The position numbers were made by a program, and so were the translations under genes. A DNA stretch of 64,000 bases from Candidatus Latescibacterota bacterium. Lineage in GTDB: Bacteria; Latescibacterota; UBA2968; UBA8231. The DNA is taken from assembly GCA_965242865.1 (NCBI GenBank), contig CBDETK010000013.1, positions 1,664,001 to 1,728,000 on the forward strand. Reading direction: 5' to 3'. Within the stretch, counting starts at the first letter, position 1. Each line of letters starts with the position of its first letter. The notes beneath the pieces are model-generated. The model was not told the DNA's origin. It did no database searches and worked only from the letters and a program-made list of their open reading frames with translations. Below, one piece after another: positions 37,884 to 47,961 of the stretch.

Positions 37884-40800
37884 ATGCGATTCTGGAGTAC
37901 GTGCATTTTTTTGGCCCTGTTTTTGGCGTTGCTTGCCGCCCGCGCTCAGGCGCAATCCATGGGGACCATTGTAGGGACTGTCCGCGACGCTGAGGACGGG
38001 ATGATGCTGGATCAAGCCCAAGTCTATATCGCGGCCTTGAACATGGGTGCGCTATGGGGCGAGGACGGCCGCTTCACCATCGCCGATGTCCCCGCGGGTG
38101 AGCACCTGCTCGCGGCCGAATTGATTGGCTACGAGACCGTGACCACCACCGTCTTGGTAATAGCGGGCGAGACCGCGACCGTCGATCTCGAACTGATGGC
38201 CAGTGCGGTCGAATTGGAGGAAGTGGTGGTGACCGGCACCGCCTTTAAGGAATCTCCGATCAGCTTGCCCTACGCGGTCGCCGTGACCGGCCGCGAAAAG
38301 ATGGAAGAGCAAGGTTCCCCACAACTCGTCGATTTCTTCAAGAATTTGGGCGCGAGCCACGGGGTCATCGGCGAGCGGAGCAGCTGGTACAACGCCGGCC
38401 AAGCCGCCACTCTTTCCGAGAGCATCGCCAACGTGAACCTGCGCGGCTTGGGGGCCTCGCGGACCCTCGTGTTGATCAACAGCCGCCGCCAAACCTATGT
38501 CCCGGCGCGCTTGATCGGGGGCCGCTTCGTCGATGTAAACGCCATGCCCTCCATCGCCATGGACCGGGTCGAGGTGCTCAAGGAGGGGGCCTCGGCCATC
38601 TATGGCTCGGATGCCGTGGCCGGCGTGGCCAATTTTTTAACTCGCTCCGACTTTGAGGGCTTTGAGGTCTCGGCGTCCCACGAGCATTTTTCCGGTGCGG
38701 GCGATACCAACACCGGCGCTATATGGGGTGGGAAGCTCGGCAGTGCCCATGCGGTTGTTTCTGCCGAATGGCGGCGGCGTCAGGAGCTGAGGATCACAGA
38801 GCGGTCCTACCTGCTGCAACCGTGGTACGGCGGCGGGCAACGCTTGGGATGGTCGAGCTTGGGCAACCCCGGCACCTTCGCCATTGGTTCGCCTGCCCCA
38901 TGGACCGCCCAAATCCACGCCCCCCGTTGTGATGAGTTTGGCGGCTTCCGGGAATCTTGGACTTGCCGCTTTCGCTATCAGCCGTGGGACAATCTGATCG
39001 AGCGCACGGACTATACCCGGGCCTTTGCTGAGCTCAATGGTTCGCTGAACAGTGGCACCGATTGGCACATTGAGGGGCTGTGGGCCGAGGCCGAGATTCC
39101 CGATTGGTACACGACCCCTTCGTATCCGCCCTTCCCCCTGACCGACACGAGCATCATGCAGGTCGCGCCCGACCACCCGGGCCGACGGGCATTTTGCGCG
39201 GACCACGGGGCTGAGGATGGCGACCTCTACTACGACGCATGCCAAGGCGAGGAGAACTGGTATTTCAACGGTCGCCCCTTTGGCAACTCGGGTCCCGAGC
39301 GCACGCTGGGCCGCACCTCCCGCACTTGGCGCGTGGCCGCTTCGGCCAATGGCGACTTTGCGTCGTTTGGCGGTCGAGATACCCACTTCGACTTGGGGCT
39401 TTCCTATTCCCGCACCGAAGGCAACTACAACCTGCCGGGGGTGTACGTCGAGCGGCTGTTCCTCGGCTTCCGCGGTTTTGGAGGGCCGGATTGCGGCGTG
39501 GGCGTGACGCCCGATAACGACTCCCTCGCGGGGATGCGGCTCGGTGCGCTCAACGGTCAAGTGGCCGGCGAAGGCGACTGCCAGTACTACAACCCCTTTA
39601 GCAATGCCATCGAGTTCTCGCAGCAGCCCGGCTCGGACTTTGAGAACAACGCGAATCCCGACTATCGCCCCGGCTTGGCCAATTCCCCCGAATTGAGGCA
39701 ATGGCTCAATCAGGAGGTCGATCTACTGAGCACCGCGGATATGCTGGTCGCCGATGCAACGCTGACGGGCAGTTGGATTGAGGACGTCGCCAGTTACGCG
39801 GTCGGCTACCAGTTCCGCCTACTCAACGCCAAGGGCGACCCCAACGACGCCGGCGACGTGACCGTCAACCCTTGCCCGGTCATAGGCGATACGGGGTGCG
39901 GAGCAGAGGACCGGTTCGGTCCCTATGCGTTTACCAACGTGCATCTGCCTTATGAAGAATCGCAAACGGTCCACCGCTTCTTTGCCGAGATTCCCCTGAG
40001 CTTGGGGGCGCGCTTTGAGACCCAACTCGCCGCCAACTACGAGTTTCACGATGTGGCGAGCAGTTTTGATCCCAAGTTCGGGTGGCGCTATCAGATCTCG
40101 GAGTCTGCGAACCAATCCTTGTTTGTGCGCGGCTCGGTGCAGACGACGTTTCGCACGCCCTCGCTGGACGATGTGAATGAAAGCCCGCTGACGACGCTCG
40201 AATGGATCAACGAGACGGGCGCCTACCAAGCAGTGGACCGAATCGGGAGCAAGGACCTCAAGCCCGAACAGGCTCTTACCTATAATGCGGGCCTCGTCTT
40301 GATCACAGAGGGGGGCTTTGATGCGACGTTCGACTACTGGCGCTACGATTTCAGCGATGTAATCGGCTCTATGCCGCACGGGGCCATCACGGCCTTATAC
40401 GACGCGAATAAGGCGGCCCTACAGCAATTCATCGTCTGCTCGGACGGGAGAGGCACCGGGACCTGCTCGGCCTCGGAACTCGAGCGAGTGCAAGTTGATA
40501 TCGTCAACTGGCCGGGGGTCAAGACCTCGGGGATTGATTTGCATCTGGGCCAGCGCGCGGCTGTCGGCGACGGAGAATTGTCGCTCAACTTGGACGGTAC
40601 GTACACGTTGGAGTACCGGACCAAGGCCCTGATGTACGGCGACTTGGAGCTTCAGGAGGCGGCCGACGTGGCCGGCTACCTGAACTTTGGCAATCCCATT
40701 GCGACCTCGCTGCCGCGGATAAAGAGCCGAGCATCGGCGGGCTATTACTGGGGAACCTATAGCCTCGTCAGCTACCTGAACTACATTTCGTCGTACGAGG

Positions 40801-41048
40801 ACCGGGGATCGACCGCCTCCGATACGGAAGAAATCAAGGAATTGTTCGGCACCATTGACGCATCCCTCACCTGGGATATGACCTTCTTGTGGAACGTGTC
40901 CAAAGGCGTCAAGCTCGTGCTCTCCGGGGTGAACCTGCTCAATAGTAAGCCGCCGCTGGCAAACATTGAGCAAGGGTACGATGGCTTTGTACACGACCCC
41001 AAAGGCCGGCGGTTGAAGCTCGCGGTCTCCTATGGTTTTGGCGGGTGA
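37884..41048 (+). CDS. Large TonB-dependent receptor with N-terminal CarboxypepD_reg-like domain
   Basis: GTIVGTVRD..., EEVVVTG, NLRGLG..RTLVLIN, VEVLKEGASAIYGSDAVAGV; Cys-containing loops; C-terminal SYGF. Confidence 0.92.
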   Translation: MRFWSTCIFLALFLALLAARAQAQSMGTIVGTVRDAEDGMMLDQAQVYIAALNMGALWGEDGRFTIADVPAGEHLLAAELIGYETVTTTVLVIAGETATVDLELMASAVELEEVVVTGTAFKESPISLPYAVAVTGREKMEEQGSPQLVDFFKNLGASHGVIGERSSWYNAGQAATLSESIANVNLRGLGASRTLVLINSRRQTYVPARLIGGRFVDVNAMPSIAMDRVEVLKEGASAIYGSDAVAGVANFLTRSDFEGFEVSASHEHFSGAGDTNTGAIWGGKLGSAHAVVSAEWRRRQELRITERSYLLQPWYGGGQRLGWSSLGNPGTFAIGSPAPWTAQIHAPRCDEFGGFRESWTCRFRYQPWDNLIERTDYTRAFAELNGSLNSGTDWHIEGLWAEAEIPDWYTTPSYPPFPLTDTSIMQVAPDHPGRRAFCADHGAEDGDLYYDACQGEENWYFNGRPFGNSGPERTLGRTSRTWRVAASANGDFASFGGRDTHFDLGLSYSRTEGNYNLPGVYVERLFLGFRGFGGPDCGVGVTPDNDSLAGMRLGALNGQVAGEGDCQYYNPFSNAIEFSQQPGSDFENNANPDYRPGLANSPELRQWLNQEVDLLSTADMLVADATLTGSWIEDVASYAVGYQFRLLNAKGDPNDAGDVTVNPCPVIGDTGCGAEDRFGPYAFTNVHLPYEESQTVHRFFAEIPLSLGARFETQLAANYEFHDVASSFDPKFGWRYQISESANQSLFVRGSVQTTFRTPSLDDVNESPLTTLEWINETGAYQAVDRIGSKDLKPEQALTYNAGLVLITEGGFDATFDYWRYDFSDVIGSMPHGAITALYDANKAALQQFIVCSDGRGTGTCSASELERVQVDIVNWPGVKTSGIDLHLGQRAAVGDGELSLNLDGTYTLEYRTKALMYGDLELQEAADVAGYLNFGNPIATSLPRIKSRASAGYYWGTYSLVSYLNYISSYEDRGSTASDTEEIKELFGTIDASLTWDMTFLWNVSKGVKLVLSGVNLLNSKPPLANIEQGYDGFVHDPKGRRLKLAVSYGFGG

Positions 41049-41156
41049 CGCCCGGCGGTAATAGGCACGTAAAAAACGCAACGTGGCCGACCAAATTGGC
41101 CCTGTTCGCTGAACCGGCTTGAGGTGCTGGGGGGGCGGCTGACGACTTGGGTCTGT

Positions 41157-43244
41157 ATGTCGATCTCGACGAATGAGAAAAGGCCGTTCCGACCCGCCCC
41201 CTCCACCTTGCTCATCGTCGTCCTCGCCGGGCTGGGCACCGCCCACATCCTCGTCCGCACCGCCACCTACGGCGCGGCCATCGGCACGGACTCCACAATA
41301 TTCCTGTCCACGGCCCTGAACTTCCTCGCAGGAAAGGGTTGGCGAGATTTCACGGGCGGCCTGCCGGTGTCTTGGCCACCCTTGTTCCCCCTGCTGCTGG
41401 CGGCCTTGGGTTGGGTCGGCCTTGAGCCGCTGGCGGCGGGTCGGTGGATCAACGCTACCGCCTTTGGGCTGACCATCCTCGCCGCGGGGGGCTGGCTGCG
41501 CTCGCATCTCCGGTCGCAGTGGCTGGCAGTGGCCGCCACCGTGGCCATCGCGGCCTCCCTGCCCTTGAGCCATTTCGCGTCCGACTTCAGGACCGATTCC
41601 CTCTTCGTCCTATTCACGCTCCTCGCCTTGATCCAATTGGTGTCCTTCCTGTATCGCGGCGGGCGGACGCCCCTGCTGTGGGGCGCGGTTTGCACCGCAC
41701 TGGCCGCGCTGACCCGCTATCCGGGCGTGGTCCTGATCGGCGTCGGCGTCCTGCTGCTGCTGGTGCGTCGCGCTCCGCCGCTGGCCGCCCGGTTGAAAGA
41801 CGCCATCGTATTTGGGGCCGTCTCGTCCCTTCCCCTCGCGTTAGTGCTGACGCGCAACTGGGCGGTCTCTGGGAGCTGGACCGGGAGGATAGAGTATAGC
41901 GTGTCGGGACAGTCCCTATCCGATTCGCTGAACCAAGTGGCGGATGTATTCCGGGAATGGGTGATGCACCAGGACGCGCTGGACGGGTTGGGTTATCTCT
42001 TATGGACAGCGACCAGGCTAGGCACCCCGGACTGGTTCGGTGGTCTCCTGTGGGCGACGATCGGGTTGGTTGTTGTGGCCATGGCCATGGTTGTCGTTGT
42101 GTCTGGTCGCTGGGCGAGAAGGACGGAGGGGACGGAAGTAAGGGAAAGGATCGGCCAGCGTGCGCTGTCGGCTCTCTCATTCGGGGTGTTTGTCGTGGCG
42201 TACCTAGTATTCATGGTCGCTGTCGTGCCCTTCACGGTTGAGTTGGGCATCGACAGCCGCTATGTGCTGCCGGTATATGTCCCGCTGCTGTTGGTGGCGG
42301 TATTGTTGCTGGATCGGTTCCTGTCCATCAAGGCTGCGGGTCGGAGGGCCGCGGCCAAGTGGGGTCTGGCGGCCCTCGTCTTGCTGGCGGCCCTCGCCCA
42401 CACCGGCTTCTCGGCGCAAAAAAACCTCCGTCTTACTGCCCAAGCATTGGATACCGGATACCCGGACGACGAGGCTTACAACATCGCTGCTTGGCAACAC
42501 TCCGCGACCCTGAATTACATCCGAGACCACCTTAGCGATAGCATAACGTACAGCAACAACCATTACCTCGTCTGGTTTGCCGATCGGACCGCCGCCATCA
42601 GAACACATCGGCAGCTTCCTTTTGAGATACACCAGTGGACGCGGTTTGCGAGAAAGTGGAGCAAACGAGGCGAAGACGAAGTCTATATCGTCTGGATCAA
42701 AGACAGTCATCGATCGGTTTACTACGACTACAACGACCTTGACATTCGCCTCTTGCCCGGCGTGGAGGTGGTGGTCGAGTCGCCCGACAGCGTGGTACTC
42801 CGCGTAAGAGAGGCGGCGACCGAACCGTTTGATGCGGACCGGCATCGCGCCCGGAAACAACGCTACCAAGAACGCTACGTGGAGCAATGGCTCGCACAGG
42901 CGGGCGAGCGGGTGGTTCACGCCGGTTGGGACGTGTACCGCAACGGACGCAAGCTGACCTACTTCAAAAAGCCGTGCGTCCCCGCCGATGTGCAGGCGAA
43001 GTTCATTTTGCACGTCATTCCCGCCGACCCGGGCGTCCTGCCCATCGCCCGCCGGCGGTACGGCTTTGACAGCCGCGGCTTCCATTTCGACTGGCTCGAG
43101 CATACAGCGCGTGTGCTGGTCGCTGACCAGTGTATCGCGGTCGTCGAGCTGCCCGCCTACGCCATTGACCGCATCCGGGTCGGCCAGTGGATTGCCAACG
43201 GGAATCGCACCGTCTGGGACGCAGAGTTTTCGCCGGGCCGGTGA
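41157..43244 (+). CDS. GT-C-like (ArnT/PMT-type) polytopic membrane glycosyltransferase, copy 1
   Basis: TM1 then 'D....LSTALN', WPPLFP, LTRY, RYVLP; soluble C-terminal domain; paralog of the next gene. Confidence 0.7.
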   Translation: MSISTNEKRPFRPAPSTLLIVVLAGLGTAHILVRTATYGAAIGTDSTIFLSTALNFLAGKGWRDFTGGLPVSWPPLFPLLLAALGWVGLEPLAAGRWINATAFGLTILAAGGWLRSHLRSQWLAVAATVAIAASLPLSHFASDFRTDSLFVLFTLLALIQLVSFLYRGGRTPLLWGAVCTALAALTRYPGVVLIGVGVLLLLVRRAPPLAARLKDAIVFGAVSSLPLALVLTRNWAVSGSWTGRIEYSVSGQSLSDSLNQVADVFREWVMHQDALDGLGYLLWTATRLGTPDWFGGLLWATIGLVVVAMAMVVVVSGRWARRTEGTEVRERIGQRALSALSFGVFVVAYLVFMVAVVPFTVELGIDSRYVLPVYVPLLLVAVLLLDRFLSIKAAGRRAAAKWGLAALVLLAALAHTGFSAQKNLRLTAQALDTGYPDDEAYNIAAWQHSATLNYIRDHLSDSITYSNNHYLVWFADRTAAIRTHRQLPFEIHQWTRFARKWSKRGEDEVYIVWIKDSHRSVYYDYNDLDIRLLPGVEVVVESPDSVVLRVREAATEPFDADRHRARKQRYQERYVEQWLAQAGERVVHAGWDVYRNGRKLTYFKKPCVPADVQAKFILHVIPADPGVLPIARRRYGFDSRGFHFDWLEHTARVLVADQCIAVVELPAYAIDRIRVGQWIANGNRTVWDAEFSPGR

Positions 43245-43251
43245 TTGAAAG

Positions 43252-45381
43252 ATGAAGTCCTCCGCATCCGAGTGGATCGCCCGGTTCGGGCGCGACCCCT
43301 TCGCGCTGCTCATCGTCGTCCTCGCCGGGCTGGGCACCGCGCACATCCTCGTCCGCACCGTCCCCTACGGTGCCGTAGTCAGCACGGACACCATACTTCA
43401 CCTGTCCACGGCCATGAACTTCCTTGCGGGAAAGGGCTGGCGGGAGTTCACGGGCTTCAGGGCGATAGAGTGGCCGCCCTTGTTTACCCTGCTGCTGGCG
43501 GCCTTCGGGTGGGTCGGCATCGAGCCGCTGGCCGCGGGTCGGTGGATCAACGCCACGGCCTTCGGGCTGACCATCCTCGTCGCGGGGAACTATCTGCGCT
43601 CGAATCTTAGGTCGCAGTGGCTGGCCTCGGCCGCCACCGTAGCCATCGCGGCCTCCCTGCCCTTGAGCGATCTCGCGTCGCGCCTCATGACCGAGCCCCT
43701 CTTCGTCTTATTCACGCTCCTCGCCTTGACTCAGTTGGCGTCCTTCCTCAACCGGAGGACGACCGCGCCTCTGTGGTGGGCGGCCGGTTTCACCGCACTC
43801 GCCGCGCTGACCCGCTATCTGGGCACGGTGCTGATCGGTGCTGGCGTCCTCATGCTGCTGGTGCGTCGCACTCCGCCGCTGGCCGCCCGGTTGAAAGACG
43901 CCATCGTATTTGGGGCTGTCGCGTCCCTTCCCCTCGCGTTAGTGCTGACGCGCAACTGGGCGGTCTTCGGGACCCTGACCGGGGCTGCGGCCTTGCCGTA
44001 CAGCGCAGTCGTCAGCAGGATCCACAACTGGGCTGTCTTGAGAACTCTGACCGGGGGGGGCAGGTCCCTGTCCGATTCGCTGAGCCAAGTGGCGGATGTA
44101 TTCCAGAAATGGGTGATGCCCCAGGACGCGCTGGACAGGGTTGATTATCTCTTGTGGACAGCGACCGGGCTGGGTACCCCGGACTGGTTCGGTTCTCTTA
44201 TATGGACGACGATCGGGCTGGTTGTTGTGGCGATGGCTGCGGCGGTCGTTGCGTCTGGTCGCTGGGGAGCAAGGGAAAGGATCGGCCGGCGTCCGCTGTC
44301 TTTTGGGTTGGGGCCGGCTCTCCCATTCGGGGGGTTTACCCTAGCCTACCTCCTATTCATGGTCGCTATCGTGCAGTTCGTGTCCGCCGTTCCGATCCTC
44401 GACCGTTACCTGCTGCCGGTGTATATGCCGCTGCTGTTAGCGGCGGCGTTGTTGCTAGACCGGTTCCTGTCCATTGAGGTTGCGGGTCGGGTGGCCGTGG
44501 CCAAGTGGGGTCTGGCGTCCCTCGTCCTGCTGGCGGCCCTCGCCCACCTTGGCTTCTCGGCGCAAAAAAACCTCCGCCTTACTGCCCAAGCATTGGATAC
44601 CGGATACCCAGACGACGGGGATTACAACGCCGCCTATTGGCAACACTCCGCGACCCTGAATTACATCCGGGACCACCTTAGTGATAGCATAACGTATAGC
44701 AACAACCATTTCCTCCTCTGGTTTGCGGATCGGACCGCCGCCATCAGAACACATCGGCAGCTTCCTTTTGAGCTCCGCTACTGGACGCGGCAGGCCAGAA
44801 AGTGGAGCAAACGAGGCGAAGACGAAGTCTATATCGTCTGGCTCAAAGACACCTATCGAACTGCGTATTTTGACTACAACGACCTCGACCTCCGCTTGCT
44901 GCCCGGCGTGGAGGTGGTGGTTGAGTGGTCCGACAGCGTGGTATTCCGCGTAAGGGTGGCGGCGACTGAACCGTTCGATGCGGACCGGCATCGCGCTCAG
45001 AAAGAACGCTACGTGGAGCAATGGCTCGCACAAGCGGGCGAGCGGGTGGTTCGCGCTGGCTGGGACGTGTACCGCAACGGGCGCAAGCTGACCTACTTCA
45101 AAAAGCCGTGCGTCCCCGCCGATGTGCAGGCGAAGTTCATTTTGCACGTCACCCCGGCCGACCCAGGCGTCTTGCCCATCGCCCGCCGGCGGTACGGCTT
45201 TGACAACCTCGGCTTCCATTTCGACTGGCTCCGCAGGCCGCACCGCATACAGGTGGCTGACCAGTGTATCGCGGTCGTCGAGCTGCCCGCCTACGCCATT
45301 GACCGCATCCGGGTCGGCCAGTGGATTGCCAATGGGAACCGCACCGTCTGGGACGCAGAGTTTTCGGTGGCCGGTGATTAA
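43252..45381 (+). CDS. GT-C-like polytopic membrane glycosyltransferase, copy 2
   Basis: Long near-identical nucleotide blocks shared with 41157-43244; WPPLF, TEPLF, LTRY, RYLLP. Confidence 0.7.
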   Translation: MKSSASEWIARFGRDPFALLIVVLAGLGTAHILVRTVPYGAVVSTDTILHLSTAMNFLAGKGWREFTGFRAIEWPPLFTLLLAAFGWVGIEPLAAGRWINATAFGLTILVAGNYLRSNLRSQWLASAATVAIAASLPLSDLASRLMTEPLFVLFTLLALTQLASFLNRRTTAPLWWAAGFTALAALTRYLGTVLIGAGVLMLLVRRTPPLAARLKDAIVFGAVASLPLALVLTRNWAVFGTLTGAAALPYSAVVSRIHNWAVLRTLTGGGRSLSDSLSQVADVFQKWVMPQDALDRVDYLLWTATGLGTPDWFGSLIWTTIGLVVVAMAAAVVASGRWGARERIGRRPLSFGLGPALPFGGFTLAYLLFMVAIVQFVSAVPILDRYLLPVYMPLLLAAALLLDRFLSIEVAGRVAVAKWGLASLVLLAALAHLGFSAQKNLRLTAQALDTGYPDDGDYNAAYWQHSATLNYIRDHLSDSITYSNNHFLLWFADRTAAIRTHRQLPFELRYWTRQARKWSKRGEDEVYIVWLKDTYRTAYFDYNDLDLRLLPGVEVVVEWSDSVVFRVRVAATEPFDADRHRAQKERYVEQWLAQAGERVVRAGWDVYRNGRKLTYFKKPCVPADVQAKFILHVTPADPGVLPIARRRYGFDNLGFHFDWLRRPHRIQVADQCIAVVELPAYAIDRIRVGQWIANGNRTVWDAEFSVAGD

Positions 45382-45417
45382 AGCAGGGCGACGTGCGATG
45401 GCGTTCAAAATAGATCG

Positions 45418-45446
45418 TTGACAGTGCCCGTCTGACACTCTATACT
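45418..45446 (+). promoter_or_regulatory. Near-consensus sigma70 promoter
   Basis: TTGACA (45418-23), 17 nt, TATACT (45441-46), 30 nt upstream of the ATG at 45476. Confidence 0.75.
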
Positions 45447-45475
45447 GCCCGGCGATAATTCACCGCGGAAATCCC

Positions 45476-46495
45476 ATGATCATATCCCAAATCGTCGTCC
45501 ACCAGCCCGCCGGTCTGTTGCGCCTTCTGACCGATGGGGGACTAGAAGGTCGCTGTACCGGGGTTGCGGCCCCGGTCTCTGAGGCCGACGTGGCCGAAGC
45601 GGCCTCCATCCTCGTCAATGCGAATCCCGTGGATCGCGAACGGCTCTGGCTGGCGTTCAACCAAGTAGATGGAAGGGTGCCGGCTGCCCTGTGCGCCGGT
45701 ATCGACGTCGCATTGTGGGACCTGGCGGCGAGGGCGGCCGGCCAGCCGGTTCATCGGTATGTCAATGGCTTTCGCAATCGCATTCCGGTGTGCCGGCGGG
45801 GCGCGGAGCAACGCTCGGCGGAAGGAATCGTCGAGGAAGCGCGAGAAGCGCAGCGCGCCGGTTTTAGGGCGTACAAGTTCGACGCCCTTTTGGACGAAGC
45901 CGTGCTCGTTGAGCTAATACGCGATGTGCGCCGAGCCGTCGGGCCGGATTTCTGCCTGTTGTTCGACGGCCGGATGCGGTGGATCATTGACCAAGCGATC
46001 CGAATCGGCCGGGCGCTCGATGCCGCGGACTTCTTCTGTTTTGACCAGCCGCGTCCCGATGGCGATATGTCTGGCGGCCGGCAGGTCGCCTCCGCGCTGG
46101 ACACCCCGACGAGCATGGGCGTGTCCAGCCCCATGGCAGCGGCCCAAGTCATGGCAGCCCAAGCCGCCGACCACGTGCGCACCGGGGTAACCCGGGCCGG
46201 CGGCATGACGGATGTGCTCAAGTCCGCTCGCTGCGCCGAAGCCTTTGGGGCCTACTGCCATCTAGACGGGTTCGGGATCTGCGACGGTTTCGCCCATCTG
46301 CACATCGCGGGCACCAGCCGGAATACGCCCTTCTTAGAGGTGGGCGATGACCTATCCCCGACGCCGTTTATTGAGAATCCGCTACAGATCTGCGATGGGC
46401 ACATCGAGATTGCCGCTGCGCCGGGACTGGGCATGGAAATAAATCTCGACGCGGTCGAGGAGCACACTGCGGAACGGATTCAGATCGGAGGCTGA
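45476..46495 (+). CDS. Mandelate racemase/enolase superfamily protein, degenerate active site
   Basis: GIDVALWDL, VRRAVGPD..L.FD, PGLGMEIN; metal and base motifs altered (FDQP, SMG, HLDG). Confidence 0.78.
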   Translation: MIISQIVVHQPAGLLRLLTDGGLEGRCTGVAAPVSEADVAEAASILVNANPVDRERLWLAFNQVDGRVPAALCAGIDVALWDLAARAAGQPVHRYVNGFRNRIPVCRRGAEQRSAEGIVEEAREAQRAGFRAYKFDALLDEAVLVELIRDVRRAVGPDFCLLFDGRMRWIIDQAIRIGRALDAADFFCFDQPRPDGDMSGGRQVASALDTPTSMGVSSPMAAAQVMAAQAADHVRTGVTRAGGMTDVLKSARCAEAFGAYCHLDGFGICDGFAHLHIAGTSRNTPFLEVGDDLSPTPFIENPLQICDGHIEIAAAPGLGMEINLDAVEEHTAERIQIGG

Positions 46496-46517
46496 CCGCT
46501 CGCCGGTTCAGGACGCC

Positions 46518-47705
46518 ATGCAAATTCGCGCTGTCAAGTGTTACTTGTTGAAAGGGGAACCCGCAACGCGGCAGGAAAGTTGCGGGGCGAGAGGAAGCAT
46601 CGCCCCGGTGCCGCCGGGCATCTCCGGGTTGCTTACCCACGACCAAGGATTCGGCGGCGCCGCTCCCGAAGGATTTGCGTTCTCCGGCACAGACCCCGAG
46701 CCAACCTACCGCCTGATGCTCCGGCTCGTGACCGATGGCGAGCTGGATGCGTACGCCGACTATGCTACGGGTTTTGATCCCCGGGAACTGGAATGGCAGG
46801 CCAAAGCGTTTTTGGCCCGATATGCCCACATGCTCATCGGCGTGGATGCCTTTGACCGGGAATACATCTGGCAGCGGTTTTGGATGGCCCAGCGGTTCAT
46901 GTACACGGGAAGGGCGCTGCTCGACGCGATTGACCGGATGTTGTGGGACTTGGCCAGTCGCTGTGCTCGTCTCCCGATCTACAAGCTGCTCGGGGCCAGC
47001 CGCGAAAGCGTCCCCGCCTACTGCAACGTCGGCGGCCGGACCATCGACGACTTGGTGGCCCATGCGGTCAAACGGGTGGAAGAAGAAGGATTCATCGGCT
47101 GCAAGGATCATTCGTACCGCGGCGTGAAAGGCAACGGGGAAATGGCCGTGAAAATGCGCGAGACGCTGGGCGACGATATCCTGCTCTTTCACGACCCGGT
47201 TGAGTCCTACACGTTTGAGGAAGCCGTGAAAATCGGCCGCATCTTGGAGAAGTGCTGTTACCGGTGGATCGAAGAGCCGCTGCAGGACTACGACATCATG
47301 GGGCTGAGAAAGCTGTGCGCCGCCCTCGACCTTCCGGTCTTGACCCTCGAGTGGATCGGGGCCATCGGCGGACAGCCCTACAATACGGCACCGTATTTGG
47401 CGTTGCAGGCCGCTGACATCGTCCGGCAGCGGGGCATCGGTATCACCGGCCAAGTCAAACAGGCCCAACTGGCCGAAAGTTTCGGCGTCGAGGTCCACGG
47501 CGGCGATCCCCATGTCATCCTATCCATTGGCAACGACCCGGTCTTTGAAGCCATGGGCGTCCAGCCGCGTCCGGCCGAGGAGGCCCTAGACTGCCGCGGT
47601 ACGCTCGTCGTCGAGGACGGCGTCATGTCGATCGCTTGGAGCGACCGCCCCGTAGTTGAGCCGGACTGGGACGAAGTGGCCCGGAGTGCCGTTGCCGTCA
47701 TTTGA
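46518..47705 (+). CDS. Mandelate racemase/enolase superfamily protein
   Basis: IDRMLWDL, PIYKLLG, CKDH, HDP, WIEEP, LEW, EVHG. Confidence 0.85.
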   Translation: MQIRAVKCYLLKGEPATRQESCGARGSIAPVPPGISGLLTHDQGFGGAAPEGFAFSGTDPEPTYRLMLRLVTDGELDAYADYATGFDPRELEWQAKAFLARYAHMLIGVDAFDREYIWQRFWMAQRFMYTGRALLDAIDRMLWDLASRCARLPIYKLLGASRESVPAYCNVGGRTIDDLVAHAVKRVEEEGFIGCKDHSYRGVKGNGEMAVKMRETLGDDILLFHDPVESYTFEEAVKIGRILEKCCYRWIEEPLQDYDIMGLRKLCAALDLPVLTLEWIGAIGGQPYNTAPYLALQAADIVRQRGIGITGQVKQAQLAESFGVEVHGGDPHVILSIGNDPVFEAMGVQPRPAEEALDCRGTLVVEDGVMSIAWSDRPVVEPDWDEVARSAVAVI

Positions 47706-47893
47706 CTGCCTACCCACGCCCTACTGACCTGCCTTTATACGTCGTTGAATCCGCGTTTACGCATCGGCCGCGGTGTGTTTGTTGCGCGGGAAGCGATTGT
47801 GTACCTTAGTCCAACCGCGAGCGATAAGCGCTAGAACAAGCACCTTATTTAGAGGCCCTAACAAATCGCTCTGCTCGCTCGCGCTGAGTTTGT

Positions 47894-47927
47894 TTCAAGA
47901 CTGGATTCCCGCTTTCGCGGGAATGAC
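47894..47927 (-). repeat. REP-like palindrome, 'empty' form
   Basis: Reverse complement reads GTCATTCCCGCGAAAGCGGGAATCCAGTCTTGAA, matching both ends of the elements at 56456 and 59054. Confidence 0.85.
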
Positions 47928-47961
47928 CCTTCTATGCAAAAACAGGGCCGATAAACATTCC

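Noticed and set aside
41157-45381. Diversity-generating retroelement TR/VR pair
   Set aside because: The differences I inspected are not adenine-specific, both copies are full genes, and no reverse transcriptase is in the window.
47773-47961. N-terminal extension of the CTD protein
   Set aside because: It reads through the REP (WIPAFAGMT); the signal-like segment begins at the ATG at 47962.
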